A stretch of DNA of 20,000 nucleotides. Source: an uncultured virus (IMG/VR IMGVR_UViG_3300020037_009485). Lineage: Duplodnaviria > Heunggongvirae > Uroviricota > Caudoviricetes. Of the stretch, positions 1 to 7,281 are shown piece after piece. The position numbers and the translations under genes are program-made. The notes below the pieces were generated by a model. That model worked only from the letters and a program-made list of their open reading frames with translations. It was not told the DNA's origin and did no database searches. The stretch is taken from the IMG/VR virus record IMGVR_UViG_3300020037_009485. One strand, 5' to 3'. Position 1 is the first letter of the stretch. Every line of letters starts with the position of its first letter.

Positions 1-185
1 GTATTTTCACACTGTGTGATTGCATGACTAAGTTTTTTAGGTTCTAACTTTTCACACATTTCTACAATTGTAAGTTCTTGTCCAGGGAAATACATTCTTC
101 TAAAAAATGCACTTTGCTCTGGCTTAACTCTTTCTAATAAACCTTTTAAAATATCTCTTTGATGACCAAACATACGTTCATACAT
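1..185 (-). CDS. Partial hypothetical phage protein (runs off the window start; not in the ORF track)
   Basis: Manual translation from the ATG at 185 gives MYERMFGHQRDILKGLLERVKPEQSAFFRRMYFPGQELTIVEMCEKLEPKKLSHAITQCEN..., open to position 1. A promoter-like motif lies upstream at 208-238. Confidence 0.75.
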   Translation of the reverse strand, partial: MYERMFGHQRDILKGLLERVKPEQSAFFRRMYFPGQELTIVEMCEKLEPKKLSHAITQCEN

Positions 186-207
186 TATATAGTATTCTAA
201 TTATATC

Positions 208-238
208 TAAAGATAAGAACTCCTTTGTTAACTTCCTA
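208..238 (-). promoter_or_regulatory. Bacteroidota sigma70-like promoter (TAG-N20-TATCTTTA)
   Basis: -7-like element TATCTTTA at 208-215, a 20-nt spacer, then TAG at 236-238 (one mismatch to TTG). Same geometry as five other intergenic sites. Confidence 0.5.
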
Positions 239-253
239 CCTCTTAAACACGGG

Positions 254-278
254 GAAACCTGCAGTCTCTGCAAGTTTC
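254..278 (-). terminator. Stem-loop downstream of the ClpP-like gene, probable terminator
   Basis: Minus strand reads GAAACTTGCAG-AGA-CTGCAGGTTTC, an 11-bp stem with one U-G wobble that forms only on the minus strand. It lies 20 nt after the stop codon; the U-tract is weak (CCCGTGTTT). Confidence 0.55.
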
Positions 279-298
279 ATTATTTTTATTATTTTTTC

Positions 299-961
299 TT
301 AGATTATTTCATCAATCAATCCTAATTCTAATGCTCTTTCTACACCTAGGTAAGTTTCTTTTGTACTTAACTTTTCCCACATTTTTACTCTAGCTTCGAA
401 ATCTTCTTTAGAAGGGTCTTTTCCTTCTGCTCTATCATTTCTAAATGAAAATTGAGCATATAACTCATAACATTCATCTTGCATACGATTTAACTCTGTT
501 TGAAAAGCTTTAGTTTGTGTATGTGTACCACCCATTCCTTCGATTTGAATTTCATGTACCATTAATCTACATCTTTTATTTGCTTTTCTATGACCTGTTG
601 CTCCACCTAAAATAAAAGTTGCAGCTGACATACAATTTCCTTCTACTTGAACATTTACTTTTACTTTGTCGTATTTCTCTAACTCTTCATAAAAATCTAG
701 AACAGATGCAATCGCTGAAGCATCACCGCCACATGAATTCATAACAATGTTAATTTCATGCAAAGGTTCTTTTTCTTCTTTGTAAAAATCTTTAATCATA
801 TGATACTTAAAACGTAAAGCTGTTGCTAAGTTCGCATCAATTTCCCCTGCAATATATATTGTTGCTGTAGGTAGATGTACTCCGTAATTGTTTAAAACAT
901 CAATTCTTTCGACTAAATTCATTTCTTTACGGTTTTTAATTATTTTTAATTGATTTTTCAT
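299..961 (-). CDS. clpP: ClpP-like serine protease (peptidase S14 family)
   Basis: Motifs IYIAGEID, NSCGG (canonical NSPGG), GNCMSAAT (catalytic Ser), LMVHE (catalytic His) and KETYL...ALELGLIDEII, the typical ClpP C-terminus. Confidence 0.9.
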   Translation of the reverse strand: MKNQLKIIKNRKEMNLVERIDVLNNYGVHLPTATIYIAGEIDANLATALRFKYHMIKDFYKEEKEPLHEINIVMNSCGGDASAIASVLDFYEELEKYDKVKVNVQVEGNCMSAATFILGGATGHRKANKRCRLMVHEIQIEGMGGTHTQTKAFQTELNRMQDECYELYAQFSFRNDRAEGKDPSKEDFEARVKMWEKLSTKETYLGVERALELGLIDEII

Positions 962-1244
962 AAGATACTAATTCTTCTATAAACTCTTTATACTTATGCT
1001 CTGGAAAACGGTTTAAATAATCTTGTGCAGTCCAATTTAATTGGTGCAGATATGTTTTCCATTTTAAAGCTTGTGAAGATAAAGGTTTTAATTGTTTTTC
1101 TTTTACTTTTTTTGTTTTTTCTGGTGTTTCTACAACCTTCTCTTCAACTGTAGACTCTTCTGTTATCACCTCGTTAGAAATAATATCTTCTGTGCTTTTT
1201 AACTCATCTAAATTTTCAGAATTATTTTTCTTGTTCTTAGCCAT
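936..1244 (-). CDS. Hypothetical protein with a low-complexity E/K-rich N-terminus and a small helical C-terminal domain
   Basis: 102-aa ORF collinear with its neighbours, overlapping the ClpP start. No recognisable motif. Confidence 0.7.
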   Translation of the reverse strand: MAKNKKNNSENLDELKSTEDIISNEVITEESTVEEKVVETPEKTKKVKEKQLKPLSSQALKWKTYLHQLNWTAQDYLNRFPEHKYKEFIEELVSYEKSIKNN

Positions 1245-1265
1245 TATTGTAATAGATTTGTTTTA

Positions 1266-2450
1266 TTAAATATTAAAACCAATCTTCGTTTTCTGCTCCT
1301 GTTGAAAATCTAAATCTTTATGATTATAAATCTCTGCTAAAGTCATATCTTTTGTTATCGGTAAATCTAACCCTAAAGATTTTGCAACTAATTGTGCTTG
1401 TTCTTTTTTTAACTTGTTAAATTTATGCTCAACAATTAAACGACCTTTACGTTTTAATGCATCATCTACATCTTCGTAAGGACAATTGAAAGTACAAACT
1501 ACTTGAACTCTTAAACAATCTGCTAATAACCCATCAGTAGTATTTAATAAATTAGCAACAGCTTGATTTTGTCCACTTTTTCTTGAACGAATAATATTTT
1601 CTGCATCTTCTATTACTAAAATAGAACCTGGGTTTTCTAATAAGAAAGCTAAAAAGTGCGGTGATGCAATCTCATGAGCTAAATCTGGTGGTATGTAAAT
1701 TACGTTTTTCTTTTTAGATAACATTTTTACTAAATAACGAATATAATAAGTTTTACCGCAACCTGGTTCTCCATGTAATAAAACTAATCCTTTATTTGAT
1801 TTGGAATCTTCTATTTTAGAAATTAAGTAATCATGTTTTTCCTTAAATTCTTGTCCATAATTTAAACTTAAATCTAATTGTGGTGGGTTAATGTTAAATG
1901 CTTGTAAATCTAAAGATCCACCATAATTTACTACTAAGTTTAGTCTACAAATTTCTTCTGCTTTTTCTTCAAACTTTAGACTTAAGATTTTTTTTGTAAT
2001 CTCTTCAACTTTAGATTTTGTTTTCTGATTTAAGTTGTATAAAATGTTAATGTTATACCCTTTGTTCTTAACTTGTTTTTCACTTTCTACTTCTCCGGTT
2101 GCAGGAACTTCAACTAGAGGAACTTCAAACTGTCCTGTTCTGCTATTGAATTCAAATGCAACTTGCTCTTTATTGTTTTGTCTAACTTCAATAATAATTA
2201 CTTCTTCTCCACGAGTATCAACTAAATCTTTAGATTCTACATTGAATATTCGAGTACGAACATTTGAATTTAAAACAAACTCTGCTACAGAAGAACCTAT
2301 AGAATTTAAGTAATCTAATAACTCTTGTTCATTTGCTGTAATTTCAACTCTTGAACAAGAAGGGTGTTTCTCTGTTCTTCTAACGAAAAGCATAACACCA
2401 TCTATAGCATAACCATCGTTTAAATGGTGATTGTACTGAATATTACTCAT
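1266..2450 (-). CDS. AAA+ ATPase (single AAA module, classical/BCS1-like) with C-terminal IGF
   Basis: Walker A LLHGEPGCGKT, Walker B ILVIEDAE, LLNTTDG, sensor-1 CTFN and second region of homology DDALKRKGRL. Ends in KTKIGFNI. Confidence 0.9.
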   Translation of the reverse strand: MSNIQYNHHLNDGYAIDGVMLFVRRTEKHPSCSRVEITANEQELLDYLNSIGSSVAEFVLNSNVRTRIFNVESKDLVDTRGEEVIIIEVRQNNKEQVAFEFNSRTGQFEVPLVEVPATGEVESEKQVKNKGYNINILYNLNQKTKSKVEEITKKILSLKFEEKAEEICRLNLVVNYGGSLDLQAFNINPPQLDLSLNYGQEFKEKHDYLISKIEDSKSNKGLVLLHGEPGCGKTYYIRYLVKMLSKKKNVIYIPPDLAHEIASPHFLAFLLENPGSILVIEDAENIIRSRKSGQNQAVANLLNTTDGLLADCLRVQVVCTFNCPYEDVDDALKRKGRLIVEHKFNKLKKEQAQLVAKSLGLDLPITKDMTLAEIYNHKDLDFQQEQKTKIGFNI

Positions 2451-2658
2451 CTTCTTTTATAATTTCACGTTTAACTATTTTCTTTGACTTAATATTAGAT
2501 TGTTGTATCAAATCTTCTAATTCATCAATTCTATCTAATTGATTATCTATCACACTTTCTAACCTTGCTATATATTTATTTAACTTTCCTAAAGCCCAAA
2601 TACCAAAACTTGAAACAAGAATGCTTAAAACTACTAATATAATTAAAAAAACTATCAT
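2443..2658 (-). CDS. Small single-pass membrane protein with a coiled-coil tail
   Basis: N-terminal hydrophobic run IVFLIILVVLSILVSSFGIWAL followed by heptad-like LESVIDNQLDRIDELEDLIQ. TAATG-coupled to the upstream gene. Confidence 0.7.
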   Translation of the reverse strand: MIVFLIILVVLSILVSSFGIWALGKLNKYIARLESVIDNQLDRIDELEDLIQQSNIKSKKIVKREIIKEDE

Positions 2659-3167
2659 TATTTACTTTGATATTGACCTGTATATAAACCCGCTGACTCT
2701 CCAGAATGCATAATGAATTGACCAATTCTTACTCCTTGTTCGATAAACACATCGTTGAAACAATAAACTGTTGCTCCTAAAGTTCCTTTAAAACCGCTAT
2801 CAAACCAACTACTTCTTACTAAAATACCTTGTCTATTAAATGTTGATCTTCCTACTACTTGGCCTCCCATGTTTTTAGGGATTTTAATTTCAAAAGAAGA
2901 ATTAAAAGAATACACTTCACCTTTTTTTAACAACCAACCGTTAATATCTTTTTCCCCAGGTTTTGTAATTTTAGTTGGTTTTAACAAAATAGGTTCTGGT
3001 TTAACTGAACTATCTTTAAAGATAACTGGAACAGTTTTATAACTTAAATGTGTTAACTCAAAACAATCAATATCAATACCGTTTTGTTGTATATGTTCAC
3101 CTATAATAATATTATCAGGGAACGTAATTATTTCATTTTCTACAAGATACTTAGGACTTATTAACAT
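2658..3167 (-). CDS. dCTP deaminase-like trimeric dUTPase superfamily protein
   Basis: IQQNGIDI, GRSTFNRQG, FDSGFKG, RIGQF and C-terminal YTGQYQ are typical of the Dcd / archaeal-type dUTPase group. The Dcd catalytic Glu position appears to be Thr. Confidence 0.85.
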   Translation of the reverse strand: MLISPKYLVENEIITFPDNIIIGEHIQQNGIDIDCFELTHLSYKTVPVIFKDSSVKPEPILLKPTKITKPGEKDINGWLLKKGEVYSFNSSFEIKIPKNMGGQVVGRSTFNRQGILVRSSWFDSGFKGTLGATVYCFNDVFIEQGVRIGQFIMHSGESAGLYTGQYQSK

Positions 3168-3185
3168 TCTTTACAAAGTTTTTAT

Positions 3186-3216
3186 GAAAAATAGGAAAAG
3201 AATATAATAAAAACAA
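3186..3216 (-). promoter_or_regulatory. Bacteroidota sigma70-like promoter (TTG-N20-TATTTTTC)
   Basis: TTG at 3214-3216, an exact 20-nt spacer, then TATTTTTC at 3186-3193, 18 nt before the ATG at 3167. Confidence 0.55.
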
Positions 3217-3217
3217 A

Positions 3218-3246
3218 AAGAACTTACATAGTGAATGTAAGTTCTT
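3218..3246 (-). terminator. Intrinsic terminator after the 702-aa gene
   Basis: Perfect 12-bp inverted repeat AAGAACTTACAT / ATGTAAGTTCTT with a 5-nt loop. Followed on the minus strand by TTTGTTTTT; T-rich on the plus side as well. Confidence 0.8.
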
Positions 3247-3266
3247 CTTTTTAAGCTGTATAATAT

Positions 3267-5375
3267 TTAACTAATTTTCCTACTACTTGTAGAACCGAAT
3301 GGAGCTTCGTAAATCTCTAAAACAGATGCTTTATTATCGTATTCTAAATCTAACTTTCTAGCAAACGCTGCTGCTGCTTTTTTTATTGCATCATCATCTT
3401 TTGCATACATATATGCATCAAAACTAACAATATAACGATTTGCAGTGTTTGTTTTAGAGTCTTCTGTTAATTCTTCAGCACCAGGTAGAATATAAGATAA
3501 TTCATATTGTCCTTCTGGAAGTTCAGGTAATTTATCACTTGGAGCCATAACTTTAACAGCAATATCTCTTGCTTGAGTTTCTTCAAACCCTTTTACTATA
3601 ATTACTCTGTTTTTAGATTTAAAAGAATACACCTCTTCAGTTTCTTTAACCTCTTCTTCTTTCTCTTCTTCTTCTTCCTTTTCAATTAAACCATAAGATT
3701 CAACGATCTTTTTTGCTTTAACTTCCTTAGATTCAAATGCATCTAGTTTTAAACCTGACTTTTGAATCAATTCTTCTACTTTACCTCTCATATTTTTAAT
3801 GAAAGAATCACTAAAAATGTCTAAATTAACTTCATTTACATTTGTAATGTTGTTAGTATAAAACAAGTTTTCTAATTTAACTTGTAAATTAGGAGGGAAT
3901 TTAATTTTATAACTAGATAATAATTGAGCTAAAAATACTCTATCTGATTCGGATTGATTAAAATCTTGTTTGTCTTGCATTTCAATTTCTGCTCTATTAT
4001 AATCGTAATCTTCTTTTTTTAATTTATTAAAAAAGTTATCAAATGTTTTTAACAAATCTGATTTAGTTGTATCATCTAATCTGATTGCATTTTTTAAACT
4101 TCCTACTGAAGATCCTTTTTCACCTAATATAACTTTTATAGAATTTAACCTTGGTGCACCTTCAACATGGTCATCAAGAATAACTATTCCATCTTTATCT
4201 CCAATATCATAAATAGTAATGTTAGTTTTAGATCGACTAAGTTTACTGTTTCTAACTTCTTTATGAATTTCTTTTAAATCTAAATTATGTTCGTTTGCAT
4301 AGTCTTTTACCCAAGAAACAATACTTTGTAAATTCCACTCTTTATTATAATAAGTTTCATTTAAAGTATTCCAAGGTACTCTATACAAAATATTATTTAA
4401 CTTTTCAATATTTTTTCTATCACCTGTTCTAAGTTGCTTATATCTACCTAACAAATCATCATCATTTGATTCTACTTTAGATCCATCTGATAAAGTGATA
4501 ATTAGATTTCTACCTATTGCTCCTTGAGCAAAACCTGAATCTTTCCCTAACTCCACACCTAAAATATGAAGCTTCTTATTACTTTCTTCTTGTAGACCTA
4601 AACTTTGCAATGTTAGATTATAATTTTTAGCTAACTCATCAAATTTACTTATAATTTCCTTTTGAAAAACAGGGTTTCTTTTAGCTATTTGAGTAGAAAT
4701 AAGTTCATCTTTACCTACGTTAAGTTTATACTCTTGAGCTATTTTTTTAAAATCTGCTAAAATTTGTTCTGCATCAGGTCTATCATAAAAACTTTTAATA
4801 GCTTCTTCAGGGTAATCGTTTTCATTTAAAGAAGTATAACCTAAATTTTGTTTCTTTTTGATTGGTGATGTTGTCATTCCGCCTTCTGGAACAGCTATTG
4901 CAGCTGTTGTCATATCTTCTTCAAGAGTATCACTAATAATCATAGGAATATCTGCAGACTTAATAAAACTATCAATATCAATTGCTAAATCTTTTAACTC
5001 TTGACTATTGAAAGATTTTAAATCTACAGGTTTTAACCCTTCTATAGTGTTTGTATTCAACGACCAACCACTTAATAAAGCATTAAATTGTTTTTCGTTT
5101 TTTAAATAATCTGGACGTTTACGATATTGAGTTAACGTATCACTAAGAATAGTATCTGTAGTCGGGTCTGTATCCCATTTGAAAAATTCAGTAACATATT
5201 CTAATACTTTAGAAATTTCTTCTACAACAGGCTTTGTTGCTTCTGCTAAAGTCCCTGTCATACCTTGATCTGCAATATAAGTTGAATCTGCAGGTGAAGA
5301 AGGATATTTATAAGGTTCTTTTCGTGAACCAATATAATCTAAAAATTCGACTTCTTTTCTTAATTTCTTTTCCAT
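3267..5375 (-). CDS. Large mosaic acidic protein with repeated L-x-E linkers, putative capsid-internal/processed virion protein
   Basis: 702 aa. Recurrent TLAEA, TLEED, SLNEN, GLQEES, TLNET, NVNEV, IVES, VKET and LTED separate compositionally distinct 40-110 aa segments. Function is inferred. Confidence 0.55.
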   Translation of the reverse strand: MEKKLRKEVEFLDYIGSRKEPYKYPSSPADSTYIADQGMTGTLAEATKPVVEEISKVLEYVTEFFKWDTDPTTDTILSDTLTQYRKRPDYLKNEKQFNALLSGWSLNTNTIEGLKPVDLKSFNSQELKDLAIDIDSFIKSADIPMIISDTLEEDMTTAAIAVPEGGMTTSPIKKKQNLGYTSLNENDYPEEAIKSFYDRPDAEQILADFKKIAQEYKLNVGKDELISTQIAKRNPVFQKEIISKFDELAKNYNLTLQSLGLQEESNKKLHILGVELGKDSGFAQGAIGRNLIITLSDGSKVESNDDDLLGRYKQLRTGDRKNIEKLNNILYRVPWNTLNETYYNKEWNLQSIVSWVKDYANEHNLDLKEIHKEVRNSKLSRSKTNITIYDIGDKDGIVILDDHVEGAPRLNSIKVILGEKGSSVGSLKNAIRLDDTTKSDLLKTFDNFFNKLKKEDYDYNRAEIEMQDKQDFNQSESDRVFLAQLLSSYKIKFPPNLQVKLENLFYTNNITNVNEVNLDIFSDSFIKNMRGKVEELIQKSGLKLDAFESKEVKAKKIVESYGLIEKEEEEEKEEEVKETEEVYSFKSKNRVIIVKGFEETQARDIAVKVMAPSDKLPELPEGQYELSYILPGAEELTEDSKTNTANRYIVSFDAYMYAKDDDAIKKAAAAFARKLDLEYDNKASVLEIYEAPFGSTSSRKIS

Positions 5376-5572
5376 TAATCATGTAAAAGTTTTTTAGAAT
5401 TAGTATGAATTCCTTTAGATTCATTAAATGCACTTTCCATCAATTGTTGATTTGGAAAGAATTGCAATTCAGTAATAGATAAATCTTTACTATATTTTTC
5501 ATATAAAGATTGGCTTAACACTGCGCGTTTTAAAACACCATGTTGTCTGTATGTTACATAATATGCTGACAT
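5375..5572 (-). CDS. Small hypothetical protein (65 aa)
   Basis: TAATG-coupled to the 702-aa gene, preceded by a doubled CTATTTA motif, and ends in KKLLHD. Confidence 0.7.
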   Translation of the reverse strand: MSAYYVTYRQHGVLKRAVLSQSLYEKYSKDLSITELQFFPNQQLMESAFNESKGIHTNSKKLLHD

Positions 5573-5574
5573 TA

Positions 5575-5596
5575 TAAATAGTTTTATAATAAATAG
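5575..5596 (-). promoter_or_regulatory. Putative late-promoter motif (tandem CTATTTA)
   Basis: Minus strand CTATTTA-TTATAAAA-CTATTTA, with copies at 5590-5596 and 5575-5581, at the head of a putative virion-gene block. Confidence 0.35.
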
Positions 5597-5602
5597 TGAA
5601 AG

Positions 5603-6184
5603 TTATAAAGAATTAACTTCTATACATTTTTCTACCTTTTCTACCAAATCTTCTTTAGTAGAATCATTCATAATGATCCCGTCAATCATAGTTATATCCG
5701 GGTCTACATTACAACCGTAAGCGTAGCCTATTGCAAAATGTGTTAAAGGATCTGTATCAGTTGTTCTAGGGTTTCTGATATGGAAAAGTTTTATGTCAAA
5801 GTTAGGGTCTATTAAAGCTAAATTCTTTTTAAGATAAATCCAATCAATTTCTGAAAATCTACGACAATCTGTGATTACTAATTTTAAATTAGGTTTGAAG
5901 TTTTTATCTGAAGTTAAGTAAGGTTCAAAAGCTTTATCTAACCAGTAATACGGATCTATTGCTCTTTTAGCTTCAGCATGTTGAATGATCCCTGGTCTAT
6001 GTTTTTCTTTCATCTCACCAGATTCATGTAAATGTTCTAAAGGAACATTATTCAACTTAGCATACTCTTCTTTAACTAAATCAGCAAAAGAAACTCGTGT
6101 ATAACCATGTTTAATAAACATAGAACCTACAGTATCTTTACCTACATTCGATTCCCCTAATAAAAATACTAATTGTGTTTTCAT
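5603..6184 (-). CDS. P-loop kinase, dNMP kinase / animal-type phosphomevalonate kinase-like
   Basis: P-loop LLGESNVGKDT, RVSFADLVKEEYA, KEKHR...EAKRAIDP and LVITDCRR.SEIDW. Confidence 0.8.
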   Translation of the reverse strand: MKTQLVFLLGESNVGKDTVGSMFIKHGYTRVSFADLVKEEYAKLNNVPLEHLHESGEMKEKHRPGIIQHAEAKRAIDPYYWLDKAFEPYLTSDKNFKPNLKLVITDCRRFSEIDWIYLKKNLALIDPNFDIKLFHIRNPRTTDTDPLTHFAIGYAYGCNVDPDITMIDGIIMNDSTKEDLVEKVEKCIEVNSL

Positions 6185-6540
6185 TTTTTCTTAACTCTAT
6201 AAATTATCAATTCTTGACCTTCAATGTACACTTTTTTTGTCTTAAACTCTGGGGAAACACTAAACTGTTCAGGGTTAGTCATATGAGAATATAACTCTAA
6301 AAGAAAAATTAAACAATTTCTATTAATCGTTTTACTTGATTGTGTAGTTCCCCAAATTAAATAAGTAAACAGATCATTCTTAGATATATATGGTTCAAAG
6401 TACTTAACTTTTCTACCTCTCCAAAAGAAATATCGATTTATAAACTTAACGATTGCTGGGTTTAAATTTTTCTCCGGATTAAAGTCTTGGACTTTAAAAA
6501 CTATAAAGTAATGATATTTTCGAAATAAAAAATTTAACAT
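6181..6540 (-). CDS. Hypothetical basic, aromatic-rich protein
   Basis: 119-aa ORF joined to both neighbours (TAATG upstream, ATGA downstream). No motif recognised. Confidence 0.65.
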   Translation of the reverse strand: MLNFLFRKYHYFIVFKVQDFNPEKNLNPAIVKFINRYFFWRGRKVKYFEPYISKNDLFTYLIWGTTQSSKTINRNCLIFLLELYSHMTNPEQFSVSPEFKTKKVYIEGQELIIYRVKKK

Positions 6541-7214
6541 TAAATCTCTATAACAATTATATTTTCTTTTTTAATTTCAATTGGTGAACTTGTTGAAGAT
6601 TTGTTTTTAAACCTTTCTAAAATTGATTGTGTATTTGATTCTTTAGCAACAGTTGCCTTTACTTTATTTTGACATAATTTAAAACTAACTTCAGTAACAC
6701 CTACTGCTGGGTCGTTATATGATATATTAACGTTTGGTTTGCAGAATGAAATTAAAACTTGTTTTATTTTAAAAATAGCTTGTGTTTCACTTACACCAAA
6801 TTCACTTATATGTTTAGTGTCAATTGATGCTAAGTAATTTTTAAATCTTATTAAATCTTCTTCACTCTTAATAAAGTCTCTTAATAGTTTCTCATTAATA
6901 GAGATATGTTCTATTAATTCTCCGGTAAGGTCTGGTTTAACATTCACAAAGTAATAGTGAGTACTTTTACTGCTAGATTTAAAAGGGTGACGAGTATTTA
7001 TTAAACCTGAATCTCTCATAACTTGACATAAGAAAATATCTTTTGTATTTTTTACATCTGTTGGAATTTCATTTATATAACAATCAATACCTTCTTTCAA
7101 ATCCTCTGAACGAGTTGCTTTTTTATAAAGTATGTTTTTTTCTTGACAATGTTGTTCAACAAAATTTTCACCTACTTTTCCTTGTTCAAGACTTTTCTTT
7201 GGAATTTTTTTCAT
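6540..7214 (-). CDS. PD-(D/E)xK restriction-like nuclease family protein (start revised to the ATG at 7214)
   Basis: GKVGE helix, D..EGIDCYI and DVK give the E...D...DxK layout. The ORF-track start (7238) lies inside the terminator hairpin and upstream of the -7 element, so MKKIPKK at 7214 is preferred. Confidence 0.7.
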   Translation of the reverse strand: MKKIPKKSLEQGKVGENFVEQHCQEKNILYKKATRSEDLKEGIDCYINEIPTDVKNTKDIFLCQVMRDSGLINTRHPFKSSSKSTHYYFVNVKPDLTGELIEHISINEKLLRDFIKSEEDLIRFKNYLASIDTKHISEFGVSETQAIFKIKQVLISFCKPNVNISYNDPAVGVTEVSFKLCQNKVKATVAKESNTQSILERFKNKSSTSSPIEIKKENIIVIEI

Positions 7215-7220
7215 TTTTAT

Positions 7221-7251
7221 TAAAGATGAGAAAACCATGTTGAATTAACAA
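7221..7251 (-). promoter_or_regulatory. Bacteroidota sigma70-like promoter (TTG-N20-CATCTTTA) overlapping a terminator
   Basis: TTG at 7249-7251, a 20-nt spacer, then CATCTTTA at 7221-7228. Positions 7221-7232 match 208-219 at 11 of 12 nt. Confidence 0.6.
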
Positions 7252-7259
7252 CATGGTTT
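7232..7259 (-). terminator. Intrinsic terminator after the 744-aa gene, possibly bidirectional
   Basis: Perfect 11-bp inverted repeat AAACCATGTTG / CAACATGGTTT with a 6-nt loop. T-rich flanks on both strands. Confidence 0.8.
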
Positions 7260-7281
7260 CTTTTTTAAATTATGTTTATAA

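Noticed and set aside
3640..3680. TCT/TTC-rich low-complexity run
   Set aside because: It simply encodes a poly-Glu linker (EKEEEEEKEEEVKE).
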